Positions 6,342 through 15,314 of a DNA stretch of 33,277 nt are shown here, one piece after another. The notes under the pieces were generated by a model. The model was not told the DNA's origin. It saw nothing but the letters and a program-made list of their open reading frames with translations, and made no database searches. Location: contig JAAEQF010000099.1 in the NCBI GenBank assembly GCA_024231695.1, positions 1-33,277 on the forward strand, written 5' to 3'. The position numbers and the translations under genes were made by a program. How positions within the stretch are numbered: position 1 is the stretch's first letter; every line of letters begins with the position of its first letter. Source of the DNA: FCB group bacterium. Its GTDB lineage: Bacteria; Zixibacteria; MSB-5A5; GN15; JAAZOE01.

Positions 6342-8993
6342 TTAAGCTCCCTCGTTTGCCAAGTTAGTAAGTTCTGTGACTCTGGCTCCGTCGTCGCTGC
6401 CTGTTATGTTGGCGTTGGTGACTGTTAAACCGTCGATAGTGTGTGCGCCGTCTGAAGAAGTGGCGTCTGTCATTGGGATGTAAACATCGGGCGAAGCACC
6501 TGAAACGTCGTCGGGCGAACCGTTTGCAACGAGACTGGCAAGTTCTGTGCCGGAAATGGCTCTGTCGTTGAAAATAGCGAAGTCTCGGAGCGAGCCTGCG
6601 AAGTAACGCGACGCTCCATCGCAACGATTGCCAAATGTCACAACACCCTCATTGCCAGCAGACACATCAATCCCGTCCACCGCTGCGTCAGTTGCATTCC
6701 ACCCTGTGCCTGCTATACCGTCTAAGTAGCCTGTAAATGTATTTCCTGACCGGATAACTGCGACATGATGCCAGTCAGTGTCCGAAGCAGGCGATTCAGT
6801 GCAAGCAATTTCGACGTAATCGCCGCCGCCGTCAGAAACCGTAAATTTCAACGTGCCGTCAACTTCAGCCCAAAGGTTAAACGAATTGGCATTTGGTGGT
6901 GCATCGCCCATCGACACGCAATAACGCAACGCCGCGCCAGTATTTCCGTTGAATCTAACCCAGGTAACAATCGACCAATCGCCATCTGGTAAATCCAATG
7001 TCGTATCACCGGGGTCGCTCACCGTCGCCACACTATTCGTCCCATTAAACTCCCAGCTTCCGCCGTCCAGTGTCGCTACTTCCGCCTTCGCATAGTAAGC
7101 GGGGAAAAGGGCTTGTATGGTGTCGCCCGGCTTGCCGAAACGTGATCCGAGGTATTTAAATAACGCGGACAATTCAGCGTCGCTCATCGCTACGCCAGTG
7201 ACTCCAAGGAATGCTAGCCCGCCGCCTTCCATTTCGTAGCCCGATCCGTCCATCGAGAAAATGTAAACGTCCGCTCCACCGAGGTCAACCGTGTCCCCTG
7301 TCTTATTATACCCGGCAACAGTCTCTTTATTGGCAATATCGTTCATCACCAAGTCGGCGGAACCGCCGTCGCCGCCATGATTGCGGTAAACGAGGTATGT
7401 TGTTGGCAGGTCTGGCCCGTCGTTAGGTGCATTACTCGTGACGGTCATTGGGTAGCCGCTTGCGTCGTGGTACTGCCTTGCGCTTATTTGGTGAGTCACC
7501 GGGCCTACGCCAGAGCGGCCATTGCCAAGTCTGAAATCCGAATTGCCGTTGACCGATCGCATGATTGCATTGTATTCGTTGACGTTACCGCCGCCGTCAA
7601 GTGCGAAAACAAAAGTGCATGTTCGGAATGCGCTTAAATAGAAATCAAAGATGTCCGACTTGACGTTCGTGTTCGCTGGGAACGCGGCGAACTGCTCGCC
7701 ACCGAATCGGCTGCCTGTCGTCGCCACCGGTTTGTGGCTGGAGTCGATTATAAGCGAATTTGCCCCGTCTGTGTCAGTCCATGTGGTTATGTCACCATCG
7801 GCACCGAAGCCCGTGTTGTCGTAAACACGAGCCATCGTGGGGCAGTCAAAGTCTTGGTTAATCAGCTTAGCACCCATTGCCAAACCAAGGGCTAGGTAGC
7901 CGGCGGTCGAATAATGAACGCCCGTGTCTTCCATGTCATCTGTGTTGACCCACCAACTGGCCTCAGGGAAGTCGATGCAAACTTGAATTTGTGCGGCCCT
8001 GACTACAGTCTCGTAAGCACGTCCAGAAAGCTCAACATTAGTCAGGCCTACGATAAACGGACTGGTTCCTATTGACCACGTTGAGTGGTTCGTAGTGGAT
8101 CGCATGTTGGCAATGAGTGCTGTCAAGTTGGCGTAATAAGCAGCCGAATCGTCAGCTCGCTCGGCGTCTTCCTCACCCTGCATCCAGAACATGCCGTCGA
8201 TGGTGTACTCAACAGGTATTGCAGCAATAGCCGCATCGGTTTTCTGCACGAAGTCGTAAATCGGGAAGCTTGGAGATGTGTTCGTAGCAATGTGGGCAAT
8301 ATTCCACGTTGCGTTGCCAGCAAGGTCTTGCATTAATCCCGTAGACCCAATGGCATGCTTAATCAGGTAGATGTCTTCTGCTGGGTATTCATTAGTAAGT
8401 GCGTGAGCAATCCCGACTTCCGGGCCAAAGACGGCTGAGTCGTTCGGGTCATAGCTAATCCATGCTGAACCATTCCACATCTTCACACGGCCGAGTGCTT
8501 GATCGTAAGGGGACTCCAGGTCGGCTGTCGTGCCGCTACCGACCATGTTCGACTGCCCTGCAAGCAAAAACACTTTTGCTGGGTATGCTGGGTATGCTGG
8601 TAGTTGCGTCGACAAATCGAGCGCACAAATATTCAACCCCGTTGCGTCGTCGTAAGTAACGTTAATATTCGAGTTGTCGTTATTGTACGGGCTCCGCGAG
8701 AAAGGGCCTGCTAACCTGCGGCCGAGTGCCGGAACGGTAAATTCCTGATCTTCCAATTCGAGATCGCCGTCGAAAACTTTTTCTGTTTTGATCGTGACAA
8801 CAACCTCACCAGCCGTCGACTCAAAAAGAATAAAGAACTTCCGACCGAAATTTGAAAACGTATCACCGCTAGCCGCCGCCGCCGTCATTGTTGGATTGAG
8901 ACCTTCAGCGGTAACAGATTGCTTGTCAACAGTCGTGGCCATTGCGCCATCAAAGCTGTCGTCGAAGCTTTCGTCAAATGATTCGTAATACAT
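6342..8993 (-). CDS. Spike protein: N-terminal anchor domain, SASA/SGNH-type carbohydrate O-acetylesterase domain and C-terminal LamG domain
   Basis: 'KVFLLAGQSNMVGSG' is the catalytic GQSNM motif of the sialate-O-acetylesterase/DUF303 family. The C-terminus has LamG signatures ('GDWSIVTWVRF...WHHVAVIRSGNTFTGYLDG', 'LRDFAIFNDRAISGTEL'). The start was set at the ATG at 8993, which has an AGAGGGAAA RBS just after the upstream stop; the track start at 9017 is TTG. Confidence 0.8.
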   Translation of the reverse strand: MYYESFDESFDDSFDGAMATTVDKQSVTAEGLNPTMTAAAASGDTFSNFGRKFFILFESTAGEVVVTIKTEKVFDGDLELEDQEFTVPALGRRLAGPFSRSPYNNDNSNINVTYDDATGLNICALDLSTQLPAYPAYPAKVFLLAGQSNMVGSGTTADLESPYDQALGRVKMWNGSAWISYDPNDSAVFGPEVGIAHALTNEYPAEDIYLIKHAIGSTGLMQDLAGNATWNIAHIATNTSPSFPIYDFVQKTDAAIAAIPVEYTIDGMFWMQGEEDAERADDSAAYYANLTALIANMRSTTNHSTWSIGTSPFIVGLTNVELSGRAYETVVRAAQIQVCIDFPEASWWVNTDDMEDTGVHYSTAGYLALGLAMGAKLINQDFDCPTMARVYDNTGFGADGDITTWTDTDGANSLIIDSSHKPVATTGSRFGGEQFAAFPANTNVKSDIFDFYLSAFRTCTFVFALDGGGNVNEYNAIMRSVNGNSDFRLGNGRSGVGPVTHQISARQYHDASGYPMTVTSNAPNDGPDLPTTYLVYRNHGGDGGSADLVMNDIANKETVAGYNKTGDTVDLGGADVYIFSMDGSGYEMEGGGLAFLGVTGVAMSDAELSALFKYLGSRFGKPGDTIQALFPAYYAKAEVATLDGGSWEFNGTNSVATVSDPGDTTLDLPDGDWSIVTWVRFNGNTGAALRYCVSMGDAPPNANSFNLWAEVDGTLKFTVSDGGGDYVEIACTESPASDTDWHHVAVIRSGNTFTGYLDGIAGTGWNATDAAVDGIDVSAGNEGVVTFGNRCDGASRYFAGSLRDFAIFNDRAISGTELASLVANGSPDDVSGASPDVYIPMTDATSSDGAHTIDGLTVTNANITGSDDGARVTELTNLANEGA

Positions 8994-9006
8994 TCCGTTT
9001 CCCTCT

Positions 9007-9873
9007 TTAGTCGTCAACTAAAATCAAATCGAAACCGGCGACACAGCTCATCGTGTCGGACGCAGCCACAAGCTTGACTCTTACATCTGTTTTTTCGGGA
9101 ATAGGACCGGCTGGTATTCCATATTCGTACTGCCAATGTGATGAACCAATATTCACTAATCCGACATGACCTTTGACTTGCCATGCACCGTTCGCTCCGT
9201 TATTGGCTCTCATTAACCATTGGAAACTGCCGTCCTCGCCGCCTTTGTTGTCGTTCATCAGGCCGACATATCCCTTGATGAAATATGCGGACTTCCCTGC
9301 TGGCACTGTATAGATCGCCTGTTGCGTCTGGCCCTCGCCGTCTGCAATAAAAATCGCAACAGTGGCCGCACCTTTTATTTCAACCGTGATATCACCCGCG
9401 TTTGTCTTTCCGCTTCCTGCCTCGGAAACAAAAGCTCGAAACATGCGAATGTATTTATTATCAAGATCAACAGCAGTCCCGCCTTTCAGTTCTTTGGTCT
9501 CCGATATTTCTTCCCAGTTTTCATCGAGACCGAAGACGGTAACAGACCTCGCACCTGTCCCCGCTGCGGTATCAGCGGCCTCCGTGGACTGGATGTCCAT
9601 TGACTGCGCGGTTGCCGGATAAAACGCATAGACGCCATCTCCTGCCCATATATCATCGCCAGCGGTTGCCGTTGCGTTATGCCCGAATTTATTCATTGAC
9701 GCATGGCCGGGAATATTTCCTTTGGCAACGTCGAGGTAAAATGCTGGAGAGTTTTTTGCTACTGCTTGATAGTATTTCAGCGAATCCGAATCGCTTTGCC
9801 CGAAGATAAACGGGAGTTGAATCGCTGCCAAAAATGCAATGGCGAAAATTACTAAGTAGTGTTTGGTTTTCAT
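9007..9873 (-). CDS. Secreted protein (N-terminal signal peptide), beta-rich
   Basis: 'MKTKHYLVIFAIAFLAAIQLPFIFGQSDSD' is a typical Sec signal peptide, and the rest is Gly/Val/Ala-rich. Confidence 0.5.
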   Translation of the reverse strand: MKTKHYLVIFAIAFLAAIQLPFIFGQSDSDSLKYYQAVAKNSPAFYLDVAKGNIPGHASMNKFGHNATATAGDDIWAGDGVYAFYPATAQSMDIQSTEAADTAAGTGARSVTVFGLDENWEEISETKELKGGTAVDLDNKYIRMFRAFVSEAGSGKTNAGDITVEIKGAATVAIFIADGEGQTQQAIYTVPAGKSAYFIKGYVGLMNDNKGGEDGSFQWLMRANNGANGAWQVKGHVGLVNIGSSHWQYEYGIPAGPIPEKTDVRVKLVAASDTMSCVAGFDLILVDD

Positions 9874-9891
9874 CGTAAAGCCCTTTCGTTG

Positions 9892-10989
9892 TTATGCTGT
9901 CGGCCAAGAAACTTCTGTTAATTCGATTCTTGCGACCCACCGAACGGTATCGCCGCCAGATGTCGAGTCTTTAACTTGAATCAGGAATGCGTCTAGGTCA
10001 GCCCCGTCGACGGCAACCTGTGCATCAAAATCGGTATCGTCGGTGTCATAGACGGTCGTCACCGTACTTGCGGGAATTGATACCGTACCGCTGTCGTTTT
10101 TGGCGATTCCAGAGATGTTGAAAGCGAATACTTTCCCGACGTTGGCGGTTGTCCCTGTGATGTTGATGTTGAAATTCCAAACGGTATCATTGACAAGCAT
10201 GTTGATTCGCTGCGTTTGCAATAAGAGCAAGTCATGCCAGGATGAATCGCTGTGTGTAATCGACTCGCTTGCAACCAGCACACTTGTCTGTGCGTCGCCT
10301 CTATTTGTAAATGACCTACACGCATGAGCATGCTGGGCATATTTGTCTGCCAGTGAGTTGCGTCCAATTGCAATGCAATAATCACCAGTAGCGGAGCTTC
10401 CGTAGCCGCCAACAACGGCCGAGTAATCACCAGAAATGTCGTTCGACGTACCGCCAATAATGGCCGAAAAATCACCACTTACTTCGTTAAATTCACCACC
10501 AGTAACCCCGGACGAACGGCCCGTGACTGTATTGTCGTTTCCGCCGAGGCAAGAAGATTTCGTGCCAGACACTACGTTGTCGTAACCTCCGAGAACAGTA
10601 GCGTAACTTCCTGACAGCGTCTGCCTAGTGCCAGCCTTAATCACCCCCGTAATCTCTACATTGCCGGAAAAATATCCATCCTTCCACCTGGCCGCATCCG
10701 TGCCGAGGTCGTGAGTGTCCGTCGCAACTGGAGTCAGGTTACCGGTCACTTCTCCCGTTATAATTATGTCGTCAACGTAAAGTGCCGACCATTCATAACT
10801 CGCGGACCCGAGATCATAAGTGTCGTTCATTGTCGGCACATTGTTTGCACCGCCCGTGACAACAACCATCGTTGCAGGATCGAACATTGTGACGATCCAG
10901 TCACGGCATTTCTGCGCGGTAATGCCCTTGCGTGGAAGCTCTGCAAATGCGGTCGTAAGATATGACTGACTGCGAACTGTATCGGCCAT
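9892..10989 (-). CDS. Fibre-like protein with a beta-helix repeat region
   Basis: It carries at least 7 consecutive repeats of approximate form xxGGxxNxVSG(xxS) ('VLGGYDNVVSG', 'CLGGNDNTVTG', 'VTGGEFNEVSG', 'IIGGTSNDISG', 'VVGGYGSSATG'). Confidence 0.5.
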   Translation of the reverse strand: MADTVRSQSYLTTAFAELPRKGITAQKCRDWIVTMFDPATMVVVTGGANNVPTMNDTYDLGSASYEWSALYVDDIIITGEVTGNLTPVATDTHDLGTDAARWKDGYFSGNVEITGVIKAGTRQTLSGSYATVLGGYDNVVSGTKSSCLGGNDNTVTGRSSGVTGGEFNEVSGDFSAIIGGTSNDISGDYSAVVGGYGSSATGDYCIAIGRNSLADKYAQHAHACRSFTNRGDAQTSVLVASESITHSDSSWHDLLLLQTQRINMLVNDTVWNFNINITGTTANVGKVFAFNISGIAKNDSGTVSIPASTVTTVYDTDDTDFDAQVAVDGADLDAFLIQVKDSTSGGDTVRWVARIELTEVSWPTA

Positions 10990-11004
10990 CGGTAAATCCC
11001 TTTC

Positions 11005-11403
11005 TTATAAGTCTTCTGTCGAAGTGCCCAACCACGAGACGCTTGCCGTTTTCGACACTCCGTCAATGATCTTTTTATTGTGGCGAGCAAGTGCGCCTGT
11101 TGTATCGAGGCTCAATGCCATCTGGCCATATCGAGTTTGATTCAGTGCGAGGTCAATTTTATAGTCAAACGATTCAGAAACAGAACCCGCTTTTTCGGCA
11201 GACGCACGAGGTTTGTAAATGGCATAAAAGTGAGCCGCAAGCCATGTTTCGATAACGGCCAATGTCGCTGTTGCCGTTCCTGATTCGCCAAGGATATCCG
11301 TTACCAAAATGTTTGCAGCATCAATAAACGCGTCCAGGTCGTCGCCTGAATCCACGTCAATAATCTTGCCGATTTCGGTTGCGTCTGTTCGTGCCATTTT
11401 CAA
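11005..11403 (-). CDS. Putative head-tail connector / head completion protein
   Basis: A 132-aa protein at the gp6-like position downstream of the capsid genes; the N-terminus resembles connector-family proteins. Confidence 0.4.
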   Translation of the reverse strand: MKMARTDATEIGKIIDVDSGDDLDAFIDAANILVTDILGESGTATATLAVIETWLAAHFYAIYKPRASAEKAGSVSESFDYKIDLALNQTRYGQMALSLDTTGALARHNKKIIDGVSKTASVSWLGTSTEDL

Positions 11404-11412
11404 TACCCTTGT

Positions 11413-11721
11413 TTACTTTTTGCGGGGTCTGCCACGTCTTTTTTTTACGGGAGCTTCCACTTCTGGGATTGCTTCCTGTATTAGTTCTACAACAGGTTCT
11501 TGCGCGTCGTCCTTGACCTCTTCGGCCGATTCGACCGATTCTATTTCTACAATTGGTTCAGATTCTTCGACCACCTCGGCAAAATAACCAGGGAACATTG
11601 AAGTCAGATTGTCCGTTGTGGTGACGACGTCACCTCGCTGGTATACATTGCCAACCCTGTCGCTATAGGACCTGCCCGTCAACTTGAATTGTCTTTCTTT
11701 TTCTGTCATCATGGTCTCCAA
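11413..11721 (-). CDS. Small acidic protein with a C-terminal AT-hook (KKRRGRPRKK)
   Basis: The C-terminus exactly matches the AT-hook core RGRP flanked by basic residues, and the preceding 40 aa are Glu/Val-rich. Confidence 0.55.
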   Translation of the reverse strand: METMMTEKERQFKLTGRSYSDRVGNVYQRGDVVTTTDNLTSMFPGYFAEVVEESEPIVEIESVESAEEVKDDAQEPVVELIQEAIPEVEAPVKKRRGRPRKK

Positions 11722-11735
11722 TTTTGCATATCAAA

Positions 11736-11780
11736 AAGAAGCCGCCGGACGCTGCGAGGCAGGGGAGATCGTCCGGCGGC
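11736..11780 (-). terminator. Intrinsic terminator after the major capsid gene
   Basis: A perfect 11-bp inverted repeat GCCGCCGGACG...CGTCCGGCGGC with an 18-nt loop, followed on the minus-strand RNA by UUCUUUUUGAU. Confidence 0.6.
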
Positions 11781-11789
11781 ATCTGGGGA

Positions 11790-12875
11790 TTATGTGTAAG
11801 TTCCGAGTACGATTCCGGACTTTCCACCAAATTCAGACCGGACGCGTGGAACCTTCAAAGCCATGACCTTGAAGTTCTTTTGCATGCCGCCAAGTGTATC
11901 CCACTGGACGGTCATAAAATCGATGCCGTTGACGACCTGAACAACGTTGGAGGTCGTCTGGACAAGCAACATAGTCTTGGTTGTCATGTGGTCGGCAATA
12001 ATAACATCCTGAACGCTCGAAATCTTTTTAATCCGTTCGAGAAGGGTTCCGTCGCCCTTGGATGTCGAATAATCAGAATCAAGGAACGGCGCCCAACTTG
12101 GTGCGGCGTAAATTACGAACGGGCCGTAATGATTGTCCGCTTGGGCTTTCGTTATCATATCGAGGATTTCAGTAATGGTCGTTTCACCATTCGATCCGGT
12201 TGGCGTCGTCATATTCTTGGTGTTGTTGTCCGTATGGTTTGCCAACCCGTAGACGTTGCCGCCACCGAACTGGTAAGTGCCATAAACACCAAGAACCAAC
12301 TTTTCAACAGTCTCTGCAACTTTGCGACCGGCAAGTTCAATCATGCCGGAATCAATCGGAAGGCCGCCGTTGTTAACCGCGTTGATTTCGCGGATGTTAA
12401 AGTGGAAGTCCTTGTGAGCAATCGGCAGCGGCAGAGTTGTGGTATCGAACTCTTGCCGATCCGCAGCCGTTGATCGTCTGGCATCCATGCTCAGGTCAGC
12501 ATCGCTAATATCCGATGCAGTCTGTGAAATTAACACTGGTGTCCCGAGTGCGTTTTGGATGTTGTAAACCAATCCGCGAGACTCCAGATCGGATACGACC
12601 CTCAGCCTTTCCTGTGCCGCCTGAATGACGATATTGTCAATCGATTTCCAAGCATCGTAAGTCAGTGTCGCGGCATTGTGTGTCGGAACTGTTTCAACGT
12701 TGAAAGTTCCTTCCGTTGAATTGAACGTCGAGATACGGTTAATGTACGACTGACCGCCGGGAATGTCCATGTACGGCCGCAACGAAAGCGGGTCCATGTT
12801 ATTCGCGGCGAGCAAGTCGGCAACCGCACAGTTGCCTTGCGGCTGTCCGTTAATAATGAAGTCTGTTTCCATCAT
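11790..12875 (-). CDS. Major capsid protein (lambda gpE-like family)
   Basis: A 361-aa protein with lambda-like gene order (protease/scaffold, decoration, capsid). The C-terminal segment '...IDFMTVQWDTLGGMQKNFKVMALKVPRV' resembles E-type capsid proteins. A strong terminator lies immediately downstream. Confidence 0.75.
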   Translation of the reverse strand: MMETDFIINGQPQGNCAVADLLAANNMDPLSLRPYMDIPGGQSYINRISTFNSTEGTFNVETVPTHNAATLTYDAWKSIDNIVIQAAQERLRVVSDLESRGLVYNIQNALGTPVLISQTASDISDADLSMDARRSTAADRQEFDTTTLPLPIAHKDFHFNIREINAVNNGGLPIDSGMIELAGRKVAETVEKLVLGVYGTYQFGGGNVYGLANHTDNNTKNMTTPTGSNGETTITEILDMITKAQADNHYGPFVIYAAPSWAPFLDSDYSTSKGDGTLLERIKKISSVQDVIIADHMTTKTMLLVQTTSNVVQVVNGIDFMTVQWDTLGGMQKNFKVMALKVPRVRSEFGGKSGIVLGTYT

Positions 12876-12925
12876 AAAAGTCCTTTGTGTTCGAGAAAAA
12901 TTCTCTTCCCTGTCCTGGGTTTTTG

Positions 12926-13852
12926 TTAAGCGACGATGCCTTCGATGAAGGAAACAGCCGATGTGGTTGTAACTGCCTCGGAAGCTTCCAAGACAACGGT
13001 GGTCGGATCGGTGCGGAGCAACTCGACAGACAGGTCATCAAGTGCGACCTGGTTGTCTGCGTGTGACACGGATGCGGTTGCAGCAACGTCAACAGTAAGG
13101 TCTGCTGTCGTCGTGTCGATCGCGGTGGAAGGAAGTGCAAAGACAACTGCCGTTGCAGTACCGTCAACACCAAATGCGGTAGTACCGCCAGCAACCATCG
13201 TGCCAGAAGCACCAACGGTTCGGATTGTGATCTCGGCCTCGATCAGACCGGTATCATTGTCCGTGATGTTGAGAGCTGCCGTTGCGATAATGGTCGTGCC
13301 ACCGAGTCGCAACGTCAATGCGACGGTGTCCGTGCTGTTCGCTTTAATGACATTCACGCGGGCTTTGATTCGCAGCTTGTCGCCAGCTTTTAGGAATCCT
13401 TTCGGAATGTCATAGTCAACATCAAACGCGGCAATTGTCGTCCAGGTGTGCATGGTCGTCGAAGATGCAACGTTCTGAAAAAGCAACTCAGCCGCCTGGT
13501 CCGCAACGATCAAAGTACCGTCGCCACCGGAAATAAGGTTCGATCCAATAACGGCCGTTTGATTCAGGCCGAGGACCGATTGCACTCGGTTACCTGGCGG
13601 GATGTACGCAAGTGACACAATGTCGTCGGCTGCGTATGCAGTGTCAACATTATCGCCTTGCAGTGAATCTTCACGGGCAAACAAACGCATGTGAGCGCCG
13701 CCTGTGGAGCTATGTGCTTGCACTTTTCCGGCTGAAGTCTTTTCGCAAAGATAGCCGGGCGAGATCGCAGCAACGGCAAGGAGCTCTTCCGTCCTGCTGT
13801 TATTATCGAGGTCAATTGTGTTATAACTACTCATTTTTATGCCTCCGGGCAA
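12926..13852 (-). CDS. Putative head decoration protein (gpD-like N-terminus) with a Thr/Ala/Val-rich beta C-terminal extension
   Basis: It sits between the scaffold and capsid genes. The N-terminal ~110 aa are Ala/Gly-rich like the decoration-protein D family. Confidence 0.45.
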   Translation of the reverse strand: MPGGIKMSSYNTIDLDNNSRTEELLAVAAISPGYLCEKTSAGKVQAHSSTGGAHMRLFAREDSLQGDNVDTAYAADDIVSLAYIPPGNRVQSVLGLNQTAVIGSNLISGGDGTLIVADQAAELLFQNVASSTTMHTWTTIAAFDVDYDIPKGFLKAGDKLRIKARVNVIKANSTDTVALTLRLGGTTIIATAALNITDNDTGLIEAEITIRTVGASGTMVAGGTTAFGVDGTATAVVFALPSTAIDTTTADLTVDVAATASVSHADNQVALDDLSVELLRTDPTTVVLEASEAVTTTSAVSFIEGIVA

Positions 13853-13890
13853 AGTATATTATTGGTTAAAAAAAGTGTCGCGACGTTGGC

Positions 13891-15252
13891 CTACGCCTTC
13901 GGCTTGAGTGTCGTCGGAATCCCGAGCGTTCTCGGTTGCGATCCGGACTGGTTGCCAGTTGGAGCCGTTGCGCTGCCGTAGTAATTCGGCTTGGCTGCCT
14001 TTACTGGTTCTGCGTTGGTGGCAAAGTCAGCCATCGTCTGCAAAACGCCATCTTCAAGAGTTGCAAGGTATTCGGCCGATGCCTTATTGCCTTTGTTCGC
14101 AACAATCGCGTCAATCATCGACTGCCGATTTGCCTCATTTGCGGCAATGCCGTTGCGAATAACAGCTTGCATTTTCGGATCCGCTTTTGCAAGCAATTCC
14201 TCGAATGTCGGCTGCGATTCATTTGATACCGGCAGCTCTTCTTTTTGCACTGGCGGTACTGCTGGTGGCGTCTCTTTGTTGGAAACGACCTCTGTTGCGA
14301 CGGGTGTGAATTTCTTCAGTTGACCGTCTTCCATGTTCGTGAGGAAATCTCGATCTTCCTCTGTCCAGGCAGTCGCTTCATTGGCGATTAAGGCCGAGAC
14401 AATTTCGGTTTTTTCGGTTGCTTTTCCCATTTGTTCTTGTTCCTTTTCTTGGGTAACATTATCGACCATATCGCCGAGAGGCCGGTATTCAACGACCTTT
14501 TCAACTTCAGTTGATTCGCCTTTTAGTGTGGCATCATTTTCGCCGATGGTATAATTCATCTTGAAATAATCGCCGTCCACTTCGTAAATTAAGTAGTCGT
14601 CGAAAACCTCACTGATCCAAGCACGTTCGCCGTAACGATCAAAAACGGATTGCCTCAACTTGTCGCGGATGCCGTCATGTGAAAGCTGGTTTGCCTGCAT
14701 GAGGCCAGCACCATCTGCAATCGAGCAACTGCCTTTTTGATCCGGCAAGATTGCCAAGTGATCCGGGCGGAAGTTCGTTGCGACGTGGCTGTATTTCTTG
14801 CCGTTCCATGTTCCGGGGGATTGTAGTGCGTCCGTAAAAAGACCAGTTGATACCTCCATGAGCTTATTGCTGTTGACCGCAAGTAAGACGCGATCATCGA
14901 CTGCTTCAAGCTTTTCAGGATCGAGCCAAGCCTCTGCGCGAAGCTTGCCCGCTTTCTTGTCGTACTTGGTGTTTAGAATGACGCCGACCTGCTGCGTCTC
15001 GATTATTTCTTTCGAGCAAGCAGACACACCTAATCCGTTTTTCGTTGGGTGATAAACGACAATTGGCTTGGCATCCCATGACTGTGGCGTCTTCTTTAAT
15101 TCAGACGGAGAGTAGTACAAAGGACCGTTCGATCCATTGTGTACACCCTCGGTAATCATAACCATAGGCACTACTAAATACGGCTTGCCGTCAAGCGTAT
15201 CGTGTCGCACTTTTTGCGTACTTGCGTTGAGCGAAATTCTGCAAAATAACAT
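13891..15252 (-). CDS. Putative prohead protease/scaffold fusion (DUF2213-like N-domain, Ala/Glu-rich C-terminal half)
   Basis: The N-terminal ~200 aa ('GKPYLVVPMVMITEGVHNGSNGPLYYSPSEL...WDAKPIVVYHP') resemble a phage head-gene family. The C-terminal ~200 aa are charged, low-complexity and scaffold-like. Its position between MuF and the decoration/capsid genes fits. Confidence 0.45.
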   Translation of the reverse strand: MLFCRISLNASTQKVRHDTLDGKPYLVVPMVMITEGVHNGSNGPLYYSPSELKKTPQSWDAKPIVVYHPTKNGLGVSACSKEIIETQQVGVILNTKYDKKAGKLRAEAWLDPEKLEAVDDRVLLAVNSNKLMEVSTGLFTDALQSPGTWNGKKYSHVATNFRPDHLAILPDQKGSCSIADGAGLMQANQLSHDGIRDKLRQSVFDRYGERAWISEVFDDYLIYEVDGDYFKMNYTIGENDATLKGESTEVEKVVEYRPLGDMVDNVTQEKEQEQMGKATEKTEIVSALIANEATAWTEEDRDFLTNMEDGQLKKFTPVATEVVSNKETPPAVPPVQKEELPVSNESQPTFEELLAKADPKMQAVIRNGIAANEANRQSMIDAIVANKGNKASAEYLATLEDGVLQTMADFATNAEPVKAAKPNYYGSATAPTGNQSGSQPRTLGIPTTLKPKA

Positions 15253-15314
15253 AAAGCCTCTTCTCCGTATTTGTCAAATTACGTTTTTTTCAGGTTTTTG
15301 TAAATACGCGCGGG

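Noticed and set aside
6364-6624. Minus-strand 86-aa Arg-rich ORF and other nested ORFs (3109-3339, 18312-18512, 24747-24956, 31274-31489)
   Set aside because: They are fully embedded in longer, well-supported genes in other frames and have extreme Arg/Ser composition typical of off-frame translation.
8580-8597. 9-bp tandem repeat (gctgggtat x2) as a regulatory element
   Set aside because: It is in frame within the spike gene and encodes an AYPAYPA linker duplication. It is noted under the spike finding, not as a separate element.
11724-12473. Plus-strand 249-aa ORF
   Set aside because: It lies entirely inside the major capsid gene on the opposite strand and is an antisense artefact.
13891-15252. 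Calling the 453-aa protein a terminase or portal because of its size
   Set aside because: It has no P-loop or nuclease motifs, the second half is scaffold-like low complexity, and the portal is already assigned. Its position fits protease/scaffold.
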